Below, in pieces: positions 27,101 through 39,841 of a stretch of DNA of 64,000 nt. Source of the DNA: Macrostomum hystrix (Eukaryota; Animalia; Platyhelminthes); NCBI GenBank assembly GCA_950097015.1, contig CATNEN010000001.1, positions 7,750,001 through 7,814,000 on the forward strand, written 5' to 3'. Each line of letters opens with the position of its first letter. The stretch's first letter is position 1. Under the pieces are notes generated by a model, which ran no database searches, was not told the origin of the DNA, and worked only from the letters and a program-made list of their open reading frames with translations. Position numbers and translations under genes: made by a program.

Positions 27101-30100
27101 TTCCTTCCTGCTCAAAAGTGCAAAAAACTGCTCAAAAATCGTCAAAAAATCACTCAATTCGACATATCGTCGCCCCACTTTGTCAGATTTTCTCCAAATT
27201 TGATCCACTTACACTTTACATGTTTTCCAACAATGCTGTCAATTTTGAACATCTCTACTCAATCCAGAGCAAAGCTGCATCATCTCAAAGTGAGTCACTT
27301 TTTGTTTTCCGAGGACAGCCACCCCAACTCCCTTCCGCCACTCTGCGGGCCAAATTTTATTACAGCCACCCCCTCCCTTCGCCGGGCGCCGAAGCCCCAG
27401 ACTGTACATTGTATTTCAAGCCGTGAATGTACACAGCCCAAACCCCTAGACTGTCTACTGGCCCCCCAACCCAAGCAGCACTGAGACTGAGTGCGGTGAG
27501 TGCGGTGGCGTCCCAGTGCGCAGGGCTCTCCGGTCGATATTTCTCTCCAGCCAGCCTGGGATAGAAGAAAGAGAAAGGCTGGCGTTGACTCACTGTCAGA
27601 GAGGGCAATTCTGTGTCCTAGAAAGGATGCCGCCAACGAAATTAACTACCAACTACTTCAGGAGTTGCCAGGTGCAGTTTTCACCTACAAGTCAATTGAT
27701 ACAACGTTGAATGATGACACCGCTGTGGAGTATCCTGTTGAGTTTCTGAACTCTCTAGATCCTCCTGGAACTCCATCGCACAACTTGCAGCTGAAAGTTG
27801 GGGCACCAATTATGCTCCTCCGCAACCTGAATGCGCCAAGGCTGTGTAACGGCACCAGACTGATAGTCAGGCGGCTCTTCCCACACGTGATTGAGGCCAC
27901 GATAATTACTGGATCTGGCAGAGGAGAGTCTGTGTTCGTTCCCCGGATTCCAATTATCCCCACGGACCTGCCATTTCAGTTCAAGCGACTGCAGTTCCCT
28001 GTGAGAGTGTGCTTTGCGATGACTATTAACAAGGCTCAGGGACAGTCGCTGAAGGTGGCTGGCATCAACCTGGAGACTCCTTGCTTCTCGCATGGGCAGC
28101 TTTATGTCGCCTGCTCCCGTGTTAGAACTCCAGCTGGCCTATTCATTTTCGCACCAAGGGGAAGAACGAAGAATGTGGTGTATCCCCAGGCCTTGAGGTG
28201 ACTCGCAAGCAATTAATAGAAAAGTAGTCACGAATTGACCTTGACCTGTCTAACTCTGAACTCTGAAACAGTTTAATTTTGTTTCTTTGACATTGTTATT
28301 GTTATGCCATGGCTATTTTCCTTATGTATACGCGTGTACATGCATACTGTATACAGAGGCAGATTTAGGGGGGGGGGCGGGGGGCAGTCGCCCCCCCCAA
28401 AATTTTAATCATGGGAATAAGATGCCCCCACCAGGGGCGCCAGTCGCAGCACTGGCGCCCCTTTTCGGCCGCTGGCGCCCCTTTTTCAGCCGCTGGCTCC
28501 CGTTTTTCAGCCGCTGGCGCCCTTTCTTGGCTCCTGGCGCCCTTTTTCGGCCGCTGGCACCCCCTCTGTGATTCTCATGGCGCTCCCCTGACAGACCGCC
28601 CCAAAACAAAATTCCTGGATCTGCCACTGACTGTATAGAGAAGTGGCTAAGAGACATGTTTCTAAAGAAGTAATCAAGAGGGGGCTGTTTGGACAAACTT
28701 TTCACATATTTTTTACTTAAAACGCCCTTAAACAAACTCTTCACTTTTCATTAATGCAGTAAATAAATAAATGGTGACCTTCACTATAAAGTTAATACAG
28801 AGACGTGAATTGCTTACTGCTTTGCTTTAAATTTCTGCCCCAAAAACAACGGGCAAAAAAAGCTAGTAATTCCATAAACTAAATCCGAAACTCCACAAAC
28901 TAAATTTAAAATCCCCAGACTAAACCAAAAATACCAAACTAAATCGCACAAAAACCAATTTTTTTAAATCGCCAAACCTGATCAGGCATCTCGCCGTAGA
29001 AGGCTGCGTAGGCGTCTCGCCTAACTCCAGCATCCGGGTGTTCTCCAGCCGCGTCAGTCAGAGTCGACGGTAGTCCGCGTATTCGGCCGCGAGCTGGTCG
29101 CATTGCGTTGCGAGAAAATTCGGCGCCGAGTAGGAAAGCCCGCCTACTAGCCGACACGAATCGGTCGGCCTCGCCGCTGCTAGCGTCCAGATGAACTCCG
29201 CTCTGTAGGAAATCCCAAATGAACAACTCGCCGACACGCTTATCGACATTGTCGGTTCTAAATCTGGCCGCGTCGCCAAGTGGGCCGGAATCGCGAACAG
29301 CCACTACCAAAGCGTCGTACAATGGCCTATTCGTGTTTAACGATTCAACCAGTGTTGCTATGGCAACGCAAGCCTCTTCGGCTGCGGTGCGATACTCAGC
29401 CGATGGATGCAGTTGACGAACACAATCTGCCATGTCGGCAACGCGGCAGACTGTGTTAGACATGTCGTCCAATATGCTAACCATTGATCGCCGCCTAGAC
29501 TCAACTGGTTGTAAAGCCTCATTTAATAAACTAGCCACCTTATCAGAGGCCTCGTTCTGTAGCCTGGCAAAGCCAACCGGACCAGAGCACAGTTCGTCGA
29601 TGCCAAATAAACCGGTTGCGCCAGTTGGTAACGATGGCGAGTTGACAAAAACTCTACTAGCTCGAGCGACGGCGTCGCTAAATATTCTTCTCCGAACGCC
29701 AGATGATTGGCGTCGTTGGCAACGACTCAAAGCATTCACTGAGTCAGCTAAGGAGGCTGCGACTGTCGATGGAGCTTCGGATGGGGAAGACGAGGCCGTG
29801 GTTGTCAAACTAGCCGAGTTGGTGGCTAAGACGAATGTACGGCGACACTAAAGTGTTTTAAAAAAACATTTGAAGTTTTCTACACATATCGAATTTGGCT
29901 TAACAACTGTTTCTTAGAAAAAAACTAATTTAGAAGTAATCTTGTGAATCGCACGTATTTTTCATATTATTCTACTTATCAGACACGCCAGTCAGTAGTA
30001 TACAAGGAAAGTTCTACTTTAAAATAGAACAAAATATTACCTTTACACGAGCAAACTGTAGACTTGTAAAATTCAACATTGTTATTCTTGTTTATGCCTG

Positions 30101-30351
30101 AAATGTGAGGGAGAAACATTATGTTACTGTAAGATTTAAAAAGTTTTCAAAAAAAGCGGAACACCATTCTATGATATTTAACAATATATAAATCAGACAT
30201 AATATATAGACATCAAACTTTATAACAAGTCAGGTCAAGTGTCAATAAATCATCATAAATGACAAACTGTTAAGATTGATTTTTTAACAAAAAATATATA
30301 AAAACTTACCCTTTCTAAAAGAAATTTTTCGATCTTAAAATTAGTTATCAT
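21169..30351 (-). CDS. MIPEP: Mitochondrial intermediate peptidase (M3A metallopeptidase)
   Basis: Exons 29847-28978, 25498-25222, 23062-22504, 21664-21169 join in frame, plus a possible tiny exon 30351-30310; TGLFGI, DDMSNTVCRVADMADCVR, LFHEFGHALHS (HExxH), TRCSTDLAEVPSTLME, RFTHLIGYGAKY. Confidence 0.93.
21705..22370. repeat. Compound AT-rich minisatellite (GGATCTAGATTTTCGGAAAT variants), last MIPEP intron
   Basis: Repeated GGATCTAGATTTT blocks with a higher-order pattern. Confidence 0.9.
23095..25120. repeat. Minisatellite, 19-bp unit (CATCGATAATCCTAGTAGT), MIPEP intron
   Basis: About 2 kb of tandem copies filling the intron. Confidence 0.95.
25642..26939. repeat. Minisatellite, 21-bp unit (ATTCCACAAACTAAATCTACA), MIPEP intron; resumes at 28867-28945
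   Basis: Tandem copies interrupted by the Helitron. Confidence 0.95.
27590..28201 (+). pseudogene. C-terminal PIF1-like helicase part of Helitron RepHel
   Basis: LKVGAPIMLLRNL..LCNGTRL, RLQFPVRVCFAMTINKAQGQSL, FSHGQLYVACSRV, KNVVY; Rep domain and Walker A absent. Confidence 0.9.
28354..28629. mobile_element. hAT-type MITE nested in the Helitron
   Basis: TIRs CAGAGGCAGATTTAGG / CCTGGATCTGCCACTG; perfect 8-bp TSD ACTGTATA (28346-28353, 28630-28637); internal GC-rich ~21-bp repeats. Confidence 0.9.
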
Positions 30352-30884
30352 TGTGGTTTCTGAACGGCGCCAGACCAGACCTTTAAATTGAGTTTAAATA
30401 GTATTCGTTATTAGTTAAAATTTGTCATAATAAATTAAAATGCGATTTAATAGCTTTTATTTTCAGAAGAAATAAAAGATTCAACAGCATTTTTAGATGT
30501 TCAGGTCAAGTGTCTTAAAATTGCATCATTTAAAAAACCTATTTAAAGTACAAACTTGATTTCTACCATAAAATAAAAGACATACCATTGTTCTAGTTTA
30601 ATAAGTTCAGTAAATAATTGTAGACTGTCTGCGAAGTACTGAAATGAGTACGTCAATTATTAATTTACTTTACTGTTTCAACAAGACAATTGCTAAAAAA
30701 ATCCTTATTTTTTATGCAAAACAAACCCAACTTATCTACTGGGACTAGTTAGGAGTTAGGAAAAAACTGTGACTTCCAAAGACTTCTAACGCCTACGCAT
30801 TTTGTCTTGAGTACGTGCAAGGGGCAATAAAAGTGCATACGACTCTTCAGACTATGTTCTAACAATTGTAAGCTAGATTCACAA

Positions 30885-32620
30885 CGACTGGGACTTTGAT
30901 TTTCAATGACTGGGCTTTGGATTCTTACAGACTGGGATTCGAATTTTTACAGACTGGGATTCTGATTGCTACAGACTGGGATTCTGATTGTTACAGATTA
31001 GGATTCTGATTGCTACAGATTGGGATTCGGATTGTAACAGATTTGGATTGGGATTCTTACAGTCTAGGATTCGGATTCTTACAGACTGGGATTCGGATTA
31101 TTACAGACTGGGATTCTGATTGCTACAGATTAGGATTCGGATTGTAACAGATTAGGATTGGTATTGTTACAGACTAGGATTCGGATTGTTACAGATTGGG
31201 ATTCGGATTGTTACAGATTGGGATTCGGATTGTTACAGATTAGGATTCGGATTGTTACAGATTGGGATTGGGATTGTTACAGACTGGGATTGGGATTGTT
31301 ACAGACTGGGATTGGGATTGTTACAGATTAGGATTGGATTGTTACAGATTGGGGTTGGGATTGTTACAGATTTGGATTGGGATTGTTACAGACTGGGATT
31401 CGGATTGTTACAGATTGGGATTGGGATTGTTTCGAATTGTTACAGATTAGGATTGGGATTGTTACAGATTGGGATTCGGATTGTTACAGATTAGGATTCG
31501 GATTGTTACAGATTGGGATTGGGATTGTTACAGACTGGGATTGGGATTGTTACAGATTAGGATTGGATTGTTACAGATTGGGGTTGGGATTGTTACAGAT
31601 TTAGATTGGGATTGTTACAGACTAGGATTCGGATTGTTACAGATTGGGATTCGGATTGCTACAGATTGGGATTCGGATTGTTACAGATTGGGATTCGGAT
31701 TGTTACAGATTGGGATTGGGATTGTTTCGGATTGTTACAGATTAGGACTGGGATTGTTACAGATTGGGATTCGGATTGATACAGATTGGGATTCGGATTG
31801 ATACAGATTAGGATTAGGATTGTTACTGAGTGGGTTTGTTACTGAGTGGGATTGTTACTGAGTGGGATTGGGATTGTTACAGATTAGGATTCGGATTGTT
31901 ACAGATTGGGATTCGGATTGTTACAGATTAGGATTCGGATTGTTACAGATTGGGATTCGGATTGTTACAGATTGGGATTCGGATTGTTACAGATTAGGAT
32001 TCGGATTGTTACAGATTGGGATTGGGATTGTTACAGACTGGGATTGGGATTGTTACAGATTAGGATTGGATTGTTACAGATTGGGGTTGGGATTGTTACA
32101 GATTTGGATTGGGATTGTTACAGACTAGGATTCGGATTGTTACAGATTGGGATTCGGATTGTTACAGACTAGGATTCGGATTGTTACAGATTGGGATTGG
32201 GATTGTTTCGGATTGTTACAGATTAGGATTGGGATTGTTACAGACTGGGATTGGGATTGTTACAGATTAGGATTGGATTGTTACAGATTGGGGTTGGGAT
32301 TGTTACAGATTTGGATTGGGATTGTTACAGACTAGGATTCGGATTGTTACAGATTGGGATTCGGATTGTTACAGACTAGGATTCGGATTGTTACAGATTG
32401 GGATTGGGATTGTTACTGAGTGGTATTGGGATTGTTACAGATTAGGATTGGGATTGTTACTGAGTGGGATTGTTACTGAGTGGGATTGGGATTGTTACAG
32501 ATTAGGATTGGGATTGTTACTGAGTGGGATTGTTACTGAGTGGGATTGGGATTGTTACAGATTAGGATTGGGATTGTTACTGAGTGGGATTGTTACTGAG
32601 TGGGATTGGGATTGTTACAT
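30885..32620. repeat. Minisatellite, 22-bp unit (GATTGTTACAGATTGGGATTCG) between PPP1R15-like and MIPEP
   Basis: 1.7 kb of tandem copies with variants. Confidence 0.95.
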
Positions 32621-34040
32621 ATTTTATTAGGGATTCGGATTCTAAAGAGGATTTAGGTTATAACCGATGGGGGATTAGGATTTCTACAAATGGATTCTAA
32701 CTGGTGACGATTTTGATTTTGACAGATTCGTTACACATGACGCTTAGGAATTGGGATTTTAGAAGGCTAAACACAGACAAGACACTATACAACGCTTTGG
32801 TAAGTGCTTTGAGAATAAAATCTAAGCTTTTTACATTACACATATTCTGGCATACAAGCTTTGCACAGAATTGAAGCAAAGAACTTTTATTATTATTAAT
32901 CAACGCCTACGCATTGCAGCCAAAGCTACGGTTAGTCAGTGGAGTACATTATAACCATGTGAAATGGAGAAGTGTTCTTTCTTATCTATATATATCTCTT
33001 TCTAAATGACTATTTTTTAGCATTTACTGAAAAAAATCAACGCATAGCAACAAACTCGTTTGTTTTATATTTAAAAAACTCATAGATAGTATTTTCAGTC
33101 AATTGTACTTTTTGCAATTGAACACCTTGGAAAGAAGTACACAAGAAAGAAAATATTAGACAGCTTCATACTTCGTTGCTAGAAAATAAAAAATTTTTTA
33201 AGTCGCAGTTCTCTTTTAATTTTCACAATGCGTCACCGAAGAGATCACAGAAAAGGGTTTGAAAGTTATAACAAACTTGGTGATTATAATAGAAAATCTG
33301 AATGATAGACCCGTTTAGCAAGTGAAAATACATAGCAACAAAGTTAATAAGCAAGGCCAAGTAACCTATTAATAATTATTCATAACATTATGATGCATCA
33401 AACATAAATATATTATTTTTAAACTGAGTAAATAATAATAAATAAAGCCTTTTATTTAAATAAAAAACACTGCTTTTCACTATAGTGACCAGGACAAATA
33501 TACTATTCTAATAGGCAAACAGATACACACAAACAGAGTGTAGCTTTTTGACACACTGGAAATCGAGGAAGATATTTTTCAAAATTAAACAAGTACTCAG
33601 ATATTTAAATATATATGAAAATAACAGCATATATAAACATTTGACACAATAAACTATAAGCGATGCATAAGCAGATGTAGCATAGGAGAAACCAGGTTAT
33701 ATTGTAAAGGCAAGGTTGTATGCCAGATGAATACTACATATTTTGAATGAGGCAACATATATTGCTAGAATGCTAACACTAATGGGATTCTAAAGCATAG
33801 GGATTTTTACTTTTTAGAATATTTATTATAATTTTTTGAGAATGGGGATTGGGTTTTTAAGATTAGGGATCCATTTTTCCGATAGAGGGTTTGGACTTCA
33901 TCATGGAGATGAAGAATTTTAGATGATAAGCGAAATTTGATAAAAAGGGAAGCTTAAAGACTGGAAAAAAAACGAAGCAATCTCCTAAAAACTAAAACAA
34001 TGCAAACCGGCTCACAAAGTATAACAAAATCTGTGCTAAT

Positions 34041-35414
34041 TTAATTTGGCGCCAAAGTCAACCATTGCTCTTGTATGTAGCGCCGCATTTTGTCTCGATG
34101 CGCAACAGTTAAAATTCGGGACAGGCAACGCTCGGCTCGCTGTACATCGGCTTGAAAGCTGAATTTGGCGCTTAGGTGACTGTCGCGACGCGCCGCTCGA
34201 TAGTCGTCGGCAGTAAATGGGCCGGAGTCGATTTCGTGAACCTGGCTGGGTCGCTGATCGAAACTCACCTGCAAATTTTAGGATTAGATTAATTTCAAAT
34301 TAATTTTTTTTCTTGACTTCGAAAGCTTACTCCGTTTTTTAGGTAACAAATAAATTAAATGTGAATATGGTTCATGGTTAGAAAAAGCAGCCAAGTAACA
34401 GCCAACTATAAGGACGGGAGTGGGGGTTAAAGATAGCAGCTAATTAGAAGGACGGGAGTGGGGGTTAATGATAGCAGCTAATTAGAAGGACGGGAGTGGG
34501 GGTTAAAGATAACAGCCAATTAGAAGGACGGGAGTGGGGGTTAAAGATAACAACTAATTAGAAGGACGGGCGTGGGGTTTAAAAAAAACAGCCAATTATA
34601 CCGAGGGAGAAAGGGGTAAAAGACAACAGCCAATTAGAACGACGGATGAAAAGGTAAAAGACAACAGCCAATTAGAACGACGGGTTAGGCTAGAGCTTAA
34701 GATAACAGCCAATGAGGAGTAGGAAGGAGGTTAGAAGCAGCAGACACTTAGATGTGGGCAATTGACAAAGGAAAGGAGTACAAAAAATTACTTAAATGAA
34801 AAGTCGAGAGAGATCAGTAAAAACAAATCAGGATTGGCTATAGCTAAAATTTGGTCACACATGAATTTAATTCCATAAGTTGTCAAATTTGCTTATGTAA
34901 ATTTCCAATAATAACCTCTTACCTGTCGTTTCGGTGCCAATTGTCCATTTCGGGGTGACCTAACGCCGCCGCAGCAGATGCAGACCCAGTCAACGTTTGC
35001 TTTCAATTGCGCATACTCGTCTCGCTCTTCCGGCGTCAATTCGGGATAATCGAACGATACCCAATCATTGTCACTGTCATCAGAGGTTTCGTCTAGACAG
35101 TCAATGTCGCTCTCTGATTCGTTATCAGAATCAATTGAATTCGACAAGGTGGGAAGCACCAAAGAGCTAGGAGAATAGGGCGAAGGCGGTGATGCTGGAT
35201 GCGGCAGCGGCGGCGGAGTCGGAGTGACGATTGCCAAACAATTTGACAGCTTAGACAATGGCTTGACATCATAGTTTGGCATTGCCATCATTGACTTAGT
35301 AGACACAGTTTGGGTTATGGCCACAGTTGTTGTCATTTTATTAGCTGTAGCTGCTCTGTTTGACAATGTTGAAGCTTGAAGGCAGACATCGATTGAGTAG
35401 TCGCAGAACGACAT
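34041..35414 (-). CDS. PPP1R15: PPP1R15/GADD34/CReP-like eIF2-alpha phosphatase regulatory subunit
   Basis: Exon 35457-34923 (Pro/Ser-rich, acidic DDSDNDWVSF) splices in phase 0 to 34268-34041 giving KRQ|VSF (RVxF), YRAARR, FQADVQRAERCLSRILTVAHR; upstream exon donor at 36302; true start uncertain. Confidence 0.78.
34385..34715. repeat. Degenerate minisatellite, ~38-bp unit (AATTAGAAGGACGGGAGTGGGGGTTAAAGATAGCAGCT), PPP1R15-like last intron
   Basis: About eight copies. Confidence 0.85.
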
Positions 35415-38400
35415 AGCTTGTAGTAGGAGGGCTAGTAGTAGGGGCCGCACACGACTCCTAAAAGTATATAATTTAATAGTATTTCACTTTTACGTGTAAT
35501 TAAAAACAGTTATGCATTTGTTATATATAGCTTGGCTGCCTTAATCTGGTAAGTAGTATATCTTACTAAATATTTAGTACACACAACAATTTTTAGTGCA
35601 CATGGTACACCCTTGGCATGCACAAAAACTTTTTATTCAAAAAAGAAAAAATGAAAGTAAAAAATAATTTTGCAACTTTAAATACAAAACCATTTTTAAG
35701 CACACTTTTTAAATAAATTATACAGATCTATTTAGATTTTGTTTTACCTAATTATCATGATATTAAAAATACTAGGCCTAGCACATTTTATTTAAAAGCA
35801 AGAATTGTTCATTTTATTGAACAGTCTTAAAGTCACTTGCAACTTTGCACTTGTATATGCCAAATGGTTAGCTATATTATTGGTCTATACATGATAGGTT
35901 GAAACTTGAAACTAGTTTGTACACAAACTTAATATTCATGTTCAAAATGTATGCCAAGTGTATGCCAACAGCCACTGAAGCACTTAGAACTAGTTTGGCA
36001 TACAGGCCACCTTATGGACTATGGGATTCAAAATTGGTCTAAAATCTACAATGCTGATGTAATCTGTTTAATGCAAAAACTAAGTAAATAATGCTTTACT
36101 TAAGGCCTAATCTCTAGACTCTAATAGCTATACACATTAAAAAATATATAATTTACTATTTTAGTCATAAAAATAAAGAAACAAGGCTCAGCTAATAAAT
36201 ATCTTGCTTCAGCTTAGGCCTAATAAATAAATAAATAAATAAATAAATAGACCATATCTTGCAATTGCAAAGCTGCAAAACATTAAGAAAAAAGTTACTT
36301 ACCTTGAACTCAACAACTGAATAGGTAAAGAGCTTCTCTTGGTCTTAGATTCACAAGAAAGGCAACATTTCTTAGTACAAGAATTATGACTGACTGTCAC
36401 TTCATAGCAAAGCAAAATATGATCAGAACTATTACAAGAAAATAAGTCAAAATGATTCCACGGAGTCCTATTGAGTGGAAACAGGAACTGCTGGTGCTTG
36501 GAGAGTGCTAGCTTTTGATACAAGAAAAAGTAGTCAAAAAGTGCTGATTCATTCAGACAAAGTGCTTTAATGCAGCACATAGTATCTAGCAAATTTTTAA
36601 GTAACTCGAAAGAAACTTGTTAAGCTACTGCAGAATTTTGGTTTAAGATTTTTAAATGCATGCATGCAGCATGCCTAAAGCAGTAGGCCTACTCTATAAA
36701 TGTCTTGCTGTTGCAATCGATGTACTCGCGGTCACTTAGGCTTAGCTAGGCCCTAGCTAGAACTAGAAGAGTACACTTAACTTTAAAATTAAGACAAGAA
36801 CGTTTTTTATGAAAAAGTTGCTACTTATTTGCTAATTAGTAATTTAACTCATAGATTACAAGTCAATTTTATACATAAAATTTCGAAATTTGCTTTCTGT
36901 TATGCTTGTTCAATGATGTTTATTAAAGTCACGCTGACACTCAGATTAACCAAAAATAGAAAATTAACGAAACTTCGACCATTTCGTCATGTTGCTCAAA
37001 CTAAAATCACAAAAGTTGCTAAAAAGCTGCCTTTAAAAATATAAAAAAGATTTTAGCTTTAACAAAAGGTGTAAAAAGCATTGTGTATTCGCATTACTTA
37101 AACAGTAATAAAAACGTTTTGTTTAACTATTTAATTACCACATATTTTATAAACCGTAGCCTGGTAATAAAATAATCCTAAGTAACTATATATAGCTTTT
37201 ATCCAAGGAGAGGACTCTTTTTCGAGTGGTCCTTGCTTTTTTATTGCTAAGACATAAAAAGGGCTTCCTAAAATTATAGTCTATTTTAATAAACTCATGT
37301 TAGATCTTTGACAGCACTGAAATTTCTGACTTATAATGAACTCGACTGAGCGACACAAAACTACTAGTGGACACTCAAACCTACTATATTATTTTGCTTT
37401 TTATAACACCTTTACGTGTGTATAGTCCTCAATTCCATTAAAAAATTTAATCGTAAATATGTCTACAGTGCAGTATACGTCTGACAGAAATTAAGGCTTG
37501 TCGCCAGGCCATTCTGCTCGCCCTCCAGCCTTTGATCGCAAAGCCGCACGTTTCATGCTGATCCATGCCGGCAATCTTTAGCCGGCCCTGCTCAGCCTGA
37601 TGCGCGGCCACCGTTGGTCGCGGCATTGATGTATCAGTTAATTTATTCTCTTTGTTTTTGGTTGCAGTTACAACGGACCAATAGTAATTATTAAACCTAG
37701 GTTCGGTGCTGTGTCTTCCTGACTTCGATTTGTCGTTGACGTCGATTAACCAGTACTCACTTGTGGAGTGTGTTCCTTCTTACCAGCTTTGGTAGGTTCT
37801 AGCACAAGTCTGGCGCTTAGCCCTTGTAGTTCGTATAGTATAATCAACGTAATCACGTACACGTCTGTGACTACGACTTAATCATTGGTTAAACGATTAC
37901 TTGGAGTAGAGAGGTTTACTTAGCTCAATAAAAGACTTCTAATTAATAAATAATTAATTAGGATAACTCAAGGAACTCTTACCACAAGTCTTGGACCTGG
38001 AGTCTGATTTACTTCTCTCCGGTTCCTCTTCTCGGCGAGACTCTGAATCTGGGCTCGCTCCGGAGTTCTTGTATTTATAGAGAATCGAACCCTCTCGGGT
38101 TCGATGAGTGCGTTCAGTGTATACAGGTGTTGTACCTGTGGTAGCGTGGCACACACAATTGGTAAAATAACCAAGACAGGAACTAGATTTCGAGAGAGAG
38201 AGTTTATACCGGCCTCAACACTGAATGCTTCGTAGCAGTGGACAACCCGGTAGTCAGGCTAGATTTACCTAGTTTTCTCGGTCTTGCCTTGAATCAAACA
38301 ATGATTCTTGCAACCTAGTTCTGCTCTGAAATCTGACGATGTACTCTGCTTCGAAACGCAGTACACGGTCTAACTTCACTATAAGTTAGCAGTAGTTTAG

Positions 38401-39841
38401 CTCGCAAACGTAGACACCAACAATGCAAGAGTTGCAAGGGATGCAAGACGTAAGTGTCGCAAAACGCATGAAGACTGGAGACAAGAAACGTGCATATTCA
38501 TACAGAAGTTGTGTTTACCACGGCACTAACACCATCTCAAGAATTCGTCGGACTGTGCTCTACTCATAGTAGGAGCATTTGAGCGTTGTTATGCCAGTCT
38601 TCTTCCGAACTTAAGCGATTGCACCATGGTGTGCAATGTGACTTAGTGCGCAGACAGAGCTGGAAGGAGAGAGAGACAGCGGAGGGGGGTGGCGAGCGGA
38701 GGTGACAGTGCAGGGGGAACACTAACTACCAACCCCTAGCCCTCCCACAGACCTAGAACAGCCTGACTCACAGATTGCCTGGAGGCTGCTCAGCAGTCTA
38801 CAGCACATCACAGGTGTCAAACTGGTGTCAAAAAGTCTGGGTCAACGCTTGACAACTTGATAGGATAGATTTTTTTACAACTAAAGCAGTAGTATAGAAA
38901 CGCAAAAAGATGGATTATCGCTTTCTTGACCTTGATTGATTTTGGGTAACATTATTGGTTTGATTGTTGGTCGCTTTATGACATAAAAAAGGATTTGATA
39001 CTATTAACAGTAGTCACATTACTTTTGATTGATTCGTTTGTCCTTTCTTGGCGAAATGAATCACATGCTGTACTTGTATGTTTTTTGGTTCGCGCAGAAG
39101 AACAAGAAGGCCTGGCGCATCATGCGGCGGGGATGAGACATGCCTCGAGTAATACGGATCTTCCATATAATTGGGTTCGTGCGTCCTATATAGGTTGCAG
39201 CCAATTATAATAAATAATGATTATCTTAGAAATAAAAGACAGGGGGGCAATTGTCACGAACTCGGCATACGAATTTCAACTCCCTCAAAGAAATTACCTC
39301 TCACTTAAGGTGGATGCTCATTTAATCGTAATAATGATTGTTGCGCTCTTCAAAGTAATTAAAAACTGCAGCCCATCGTGCAAGCTATAGCGTACTGACT
39401 ACTGACTCACCGTCACAGCGCTCTTATAGGCTCAGCTGGAAGGCGCAAGTCTAACATTCACCTATAATGTCCGTCAATGTTACGAATGGATTATCGTGCA
39501 CCTGCAGAATTAGATTTACGAGTAATTGCAGGCTCCATGCATGTTTACAGAATCAATCTTCCGGCCTGACGTTTTTCTCGTCGACCTTTCCGCAATTGGG
39601 AACTTTAAGCACGCGCGTCGTTGCTATACGATCAAAGCCTTAAAAAGCGTTTGTTAGTATAGGCAGATATCTCAACGGTGTTTTTAGCCGATAATGGTGC
39701 CCGATTTCTTGGGAAACACGATGCAGATGTACAAGTGCAGGCAATTGTATGTGATTAGAAAAACTTGGGTTTTCTAAAATCCTATATTGCCTGCATATGT
39801 ATGTACCAATTCGGTATAAAAAAAATTTTCGCATGCCATGT

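Larger units (their letters stand above)
26940..28866 (+). mobile_element. Non-autonomous (internally deleted) Helitron
   Basis: 5' TC(TATATATATAAAA) after an A, subterminal GT microsatellite, 3' GCCC..GGGC hairpin then CTAG followed by T, no TSD; carries a helicase fragment. Confidence 0.88.

Noticed and set aside
27500-28201. Host PIF1 helicase gene
   Set aside because: Intronless C-terminal fragment inside Helitron termini, lacking Walker A
30885-32620. GGGATT runs as telomeric repeats
   Set aside because: GGGATT is the reverse, not the complement or a permutation, of TTAGGG
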